Source: Phaeosaccion multiseriatum (taxonomy: Eukaryota > Protista > Ochrophyta, other classes). Taken from it: a DNA stretch of 64,000 nt. The DNA lies in NCBI GenBank assembly GCA_965112735.1, contig OZ218953.1:5270001-5334000 (forward strand). Reading direction: 5' to 3'. Position 1 is the stretch's first letter, and every line of letters begins with the position of its first letter. Made by a program: the position numbers and the translations under genes. Of the stretch, positions 59,410-64,000 are shown one piece after another. Under the pieces are notes generated by a model. It was not told where the DNA came from. It did no database searches and saw only the letters and a list, made by a program, of their open reading frames with translations.

Positions 59410-60516
59410 TTATGCCTCTCCGAAGGCGGTCCTCTCGGACACCCATCTGGACTTAAGGAAGGAGAGCGAGAGCATCATCACCATCACGTTCATGAGGGCG
59501 CGACTCACGTACTCCTCGCGGGGCACCCAGAACGTGTGGCCGAAGAGGAGCCTGAACGGAAGCAGTGGGGGGCGGCGCATCACAGCAGGGAGAGAGGGCA
59601 TTGAGAAGAAGGAGAAACATGGCGAATCCTCTCTTCATCTCTCTTTTCTCTCTTCTCTCTCTCTCTCTCTCTCTCTCACCCCCCCCCCCCCTCTCCATCC
59701 CCCCCCTCCCACTGACGTAGCGAATAGTGCGTTACTCTCCCTCCCTTCCTCACCTCCACAGGTTGGAGAGCAGCAGAGCCCACTCCACCGCCATGTTGGC
59801 CACCACCACGCCCTTCATCTTGGATTTGTGGCGGTGCCCCACCGACTTGAGCACCCCCAGGCACAGACAGAGCAAGTTACCGACGAAGAGAGCCCCTGTG
59901 GGCGCCACCAGAAAGACGCGGCTGAAGCGGCTCACCACCTGACAGAGGGGCAGCCCCAAACGGCGACGACAAGAGACGGGTGGAGGTGGAGAGGAACAGG
60001 TGAGGGAGACAGAAGGCGCAAATGATTGGATACTGAGACCTCCCTCCCCCTCCCCATACGCCTCTAACCTGGTCCGCCATCTCGTAGTGGGCCATGGACC
60101 TCCACAGCAGGAAGAAGAAGACGATGGCCACATGCGCACTGTCCACGGCCCGCATGGCCATGGGCGGGACGTGGGCAGGGCGACCGCCGCCCTGCATGTG
60201 CGCATTCTGGTGCCGCAGGGTCTGCATCAGAACCTCCTGCCGGTGCGGGCTGTTGTTGGTGAGGTGCGGCCCGTTGTTGTTGGCCTGCTGCATCACGGCG
60301 TTGGCGTCCATGCCCCCCGCCATACCCATGCCCGCTGCCCCCGCCCCGCCCCCTCCCTGCTGCAGCTGCTGCTGTGGTGCTCCTGCCCCTCCTCCGACTG
60401 CCCCCTGCGGATACATGTGCTGCAGATGACTCGGCGGCTGCTGCTGCTCGACATACCCCTGCTGCACTCCCTGCAGCTCACTAGCGAAGCCCCCCCCCAA
60501 ATGGTGGTAGGCCTGG

Positions 60517-60559
<43 letters not shown>

Positions 60560-61011
60560 CCGCCTGCTGCTGGTGCCACACCTCGTCTTGGTGGCCCCCT
60601 GCCCCTGTCCCTTCCCCTGCCCCTCGGTCGCCCCTCCTTCTGGCCGTCCACTCGTCTGCCGACTCCGATCGATCTCCGCTGCTGCCCCCCTGCGCGCCCC
60701 CTCTGCTATATACAATCCTGCTTCTCACACTGCTCCCTCGACGACATCTACCCAGTCCCTCCCCACTTTCGGTGCTAAAGCTGCTGCCACTGCCGCTGTG
60801 ACTGTTGCTGTAGCTGCCATCGCCGCTGCTGCCCCTGCTGCTGCCGCTGTTGCTGTCATCTCTCCATGTGGGCGTGGAGGGTGGTAACGGCTGCCCTGCT
60901 GGTCCCGCAGTTTCTGCTTCCGCGTGTGACGTACCCAACTCCATCCTCCGCCTGCTGGCGCTTCCCTTGACCCATGCGGAAGGGCTCGCACCACTGCTGC
61001 CACGTCTACTC

Positions 61012-61046
<35 letters not shown>

Positions 61047-61785
61047 ACTACTACTTCTGCTGCTGCTGGTGCTAGTGCTGGTCCTGCTGGTGGTGGCGGT
61101 GTTGCTGGTGCTGCTGGTGCTACTTCTTCGGCCACCACCACTGCCTCCAACGGAAAGAGAAAAGTCCTGCCAGGGCACGAGAGTAGCGCGGGAGCGGAGT
61201 GGGGTGTCAGTGCACATACAATGTTTGTGAGCTGGAATTGCTACATGGGCCACATGCGGCATGTCCCCGATCGAGGCTGGATGTGGCCAGGGCATGCATC
61301 ACAGGAGAGCTTCAATGGGGCGGAGAGCGAAACTGTTGCGCCGGCGGGTGCTGAAGTCAAGTGTGGCAGTTGTGGCTGCGAGAGAAGCGCATCCATAGGT
61401 ATGGAGGATCACGCCGACAAGCGCGCTCTGCACACAGCGCATTCGGGGAAGGCATCGCTGCACACGCGGCACCGCCTGAACACCCTTCGCTGAAGTCTGC
61501 CCCCCCCCGTCCGGTTTCGCCCCCCCTCCCGTCTACTGTGGGACGGATCGACGTGAAGCGCGCTGCTTGCCGCTGCTACTTTGGGCCAGATGCAAACGCA
61601 TCCCCCACCATTCGAGAGGAAGGGTGTTGTGTTGTGTCCGTGTCCCGTGAGGGAATCGACTCCATTCCATTCTCAACACCGGACTCTTCTCATCCCTTCT
61701 CCCTCCCTCTCTTTAGACTCACCTGAGCTGCCTCAACCCCAGTCACCAGTGCGAGCGCCGCCACCAGCACCGCCAGCGTAACCAT
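59410..61785 (-). CDS. Hypothetical membrane protein: signal peptide, Ser/Gly/Gln low-complexity region and about 4 C-terminal TM helices
   Basis: MVTLAVLVAALALVTGVEAAQ leader before a GT donor; TM segments VAIVFFFLLW, VFLVAPTGALFVGNLLCLCLGVL, GVVVANMAVEWALLLSNL, ALMNVMVMMLSLSFL. The 5' exon structure is uncertain. Confidence 0.6.
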
Positions 61786-62381
61786 CTCCCTCAACCCAGA
61801 CAGAGAGCGCCGCACTTTCCCTCCGGCCGCTGCCGCTGCATCCGAACCTGCCCACCCCTCCGCCACGGGCCTTCCCCCAGACCTTCCCATGATCTCTCCT
61901 GCGCCTTCGCGTCCAGTTTGTCCCAGTGCTGAAGCCCTGTCGGGAAGAATGTGATTTCGTGATGTCTTGCCCCCCCTTCTACCTAAGGGTACGTAAGACC
62001 CGGATTGGGGGACTTCACGGCCGACTTCGCCATCAACAAGGACAGAAGGCACCGCTGGATCAGGGGACTGTCAGGGAGGCCTGTGAGAGTGGGAGATATT
62101 CCCTACCTCACCTGAGGTCAGCGTCGCTCACATAGACACTCTGAAGGGGAGGAGCATTATAAAACAAATTGGATTGGCAACCATCCTCGAGATGCGCGGG
62201 AACGAGAGGTGCATTACCATTCTCTGTGCCATCGGGGCTACTGCTGCTGGGCCATAGCAGTTGCGAGGCGTAGAGGACGAGAAAGGGGCCCGAGCCGGCG
62301 AGGATTCTCACAATATACTTGCTCGTGCTCAAACAAAAGTGCCGAGCGCTCGCCCTCTCAAAAGGGGCACCGTGCCAAAGC

Positions 62382-63641
62382 ATGAGTGCCTCTGGCGGAG
62401 ACTCCTCGGAACCCTCGGATGAGGAGGTGTCCGAGGATGACGAGGTCTACCACTTTGAGCAGGTGGAGGGGGTGCGCGGCGGGCGGCCAGGCTTTCGGTT
62501 GATAGCGCAAGCAACACCACCTGCGGCGGCGACAGCGGCAGCACCAGGGGCTGTTGCTCGACCCTTCGCCCAGGCGATGGAGGAGTTGAAGAAGTCGGGC
62601 TTCGCTGACAATGTGACAACTCAATCGGCGCTGCAGGCGACGCGAGGCGACATTCCCCGAGCTGTGCACGCCTTGCTCACCCCTCGCAGTTCCCTCAATG
62701 CCCCAGCCCTTGTCGGGGGAGGTGCTGCGGCTACTGCTGCGTCGTCAACTGCTACAAGTAGGAGTGGGGGTAGTGCAGCAGCGCGGCGAGGAGGGGGGGC
62801 GAGGGGGTGGGTTGTTGAGACAGCCTCTCCTGCGTTCATTGGTCTCCCGTCAAAGGTCACCACTATCGCCGCTGCAGCTGCAGCAGCTGCTCGCGCAAGG
62901 AGGACACCAAGTGGTGGCGGTGGAGGTGGCAGTAGTGCAGACAGAAGGGGCGGCGGCAAGAAGGGCAAGAAGCGCGGCAGACAGGCCCCGGCGAGGAGAG
63001 GCAGCGGCGAAGGGGGGTGCTCCTGGGGGGGCGCTGGGATGGAGACGGAGGTCGGGCCGGCCCTTTCAAGAGAGGCCAGGGCCAGAAAGCCCGGTTTTGG
63101 CGGTAGACTTCCCACGAGTGTGACAGATATTGATAGTGACGAGATGGAAGAGTGGTCGGACCCCGGAGAGGCAGAGGAGGCGGTGGCGGCAGACGCCCGA
63201 GCGGCTTTGGCGGGGGGGGAGGGCGGCGAGGACGGAGACGACGAGCGAGAGGACGAAGAGGAGGAGCATGACGACGCGGAGATCTCCATGAATCTGCGGG
63301 AGTGGGTGGAGATGAAGATGCGACGCGAGCGGGAGAGCGACAGCAAGAGCACCAGCCAGACCGCCGCGGCTGCTGCCGGTGTCTCGCATGGCAGCAGCGG
63401 GATCGGCAGCACGAGGAGGAAGGAAGAGCTGTTTCCAGTATCCCTTTGGCCTACAGAAGAGCGGCCGACGCGAGGGGCTGCGATTCCCCCGAGGGCGGGG
63501 CCGGTGCTCCCGCTGCATATGCAGGCGATGGAGGCCCTGCAGCGGGAGGGGGCGCTGCGACGTCTGGCGGCAGACAGGACCAAGTTCTGGAGGGTCATGT
63601 TCAGCTGGCTGGGAGATTGCCCGCCCCAGCACAACTTCATG
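62382..63641 (+). CDS. UBA-domain-containing protein, first exon; gene continues beyond the window
   Basis: FAQAMEELKKSGFADNVTTQSALQATRGDIPRAVHALL fits the UBA consensus; GT donor at 63642 followed by a (GT)n-rich intron. Confidence 0.7.
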
Positions 63642-63735
63642 GTGAGAACGCGGCTGCTTGGTAGGATTTGGGGGGATGTTTTCGCTGATGCCTGTGTGTT
63701 TGTGTGTGTGTGTGTGCGTGTGTGTGTGTGTGTGT

Positions 63736-63777
<42 letters not shown>

Positions 63778-64000
63778 TCGTGGCGTGTGCGCGCGCGTGC
63801 GTGGGGATGGTGTGCGCAACCTACTTAACCTGCCGCAAGGACGCGAACTCACAACTGGCTCTGTCATGTGTACTTCGTGAGTTAGGACCTGTTTTGGCCT
63901 CGCACGCAGGCGCGTGGGTGAATGAGCTTACCTCGGATCGGACGTGACCTTTGCACCCTTGCACTGCACGTCAGCTGACTTCACCCCGTTCAACTGTCCC

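Overview
Intron-rich, microsatellite-rich eukaryotic genomic DNA. The 18S sequence, a plastid-targeted fibrillin and bipartite-type leaders point to a photosynthetic stramenopile (ochrophyte); no finer assignment is possible by eye. I reconstructed about 14 spliced protein genes by hand from GT-AG sites: VPS11 (5' end outside the window), a secreted HExxH metalloprotease with Cys-rich repeats, a DGQHR/ParB-like protein with a mitochondrial-type presequence, an EF-hand-like hypothetical, a PH-domain protein, TrmO/TsaA, Pho88/SND3, a tail-anchored hypothetical, GCP5, TTC13/SRFR1, MAD1, PAP/fibrillin, a membrane hypothetical and a UBA protein (runs off the 3' end). A single complete 18S-5.8S-28S rDNA unit (42727-48556) sits between protein genes rather than in a tandem array. 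The most striking region lies just 3' of the 28S: five GC-rich hairpin+oligo-T repeats with compensatory stem changes (candidate Pol I termination or 3'-ETS processing signals). The fifth copy is split by a 5'-truncated CRE-like non-LTR retrotransposon carrying its restriction-like endonuclease, which suggests an element targeting this rDNA signal. Also present are three kinds of MITE-like element and a VPS11 that seems to have lost its RING-H2 finger. Exon boundaries are manual and family assignments come from recalled motifs; no database search was run.
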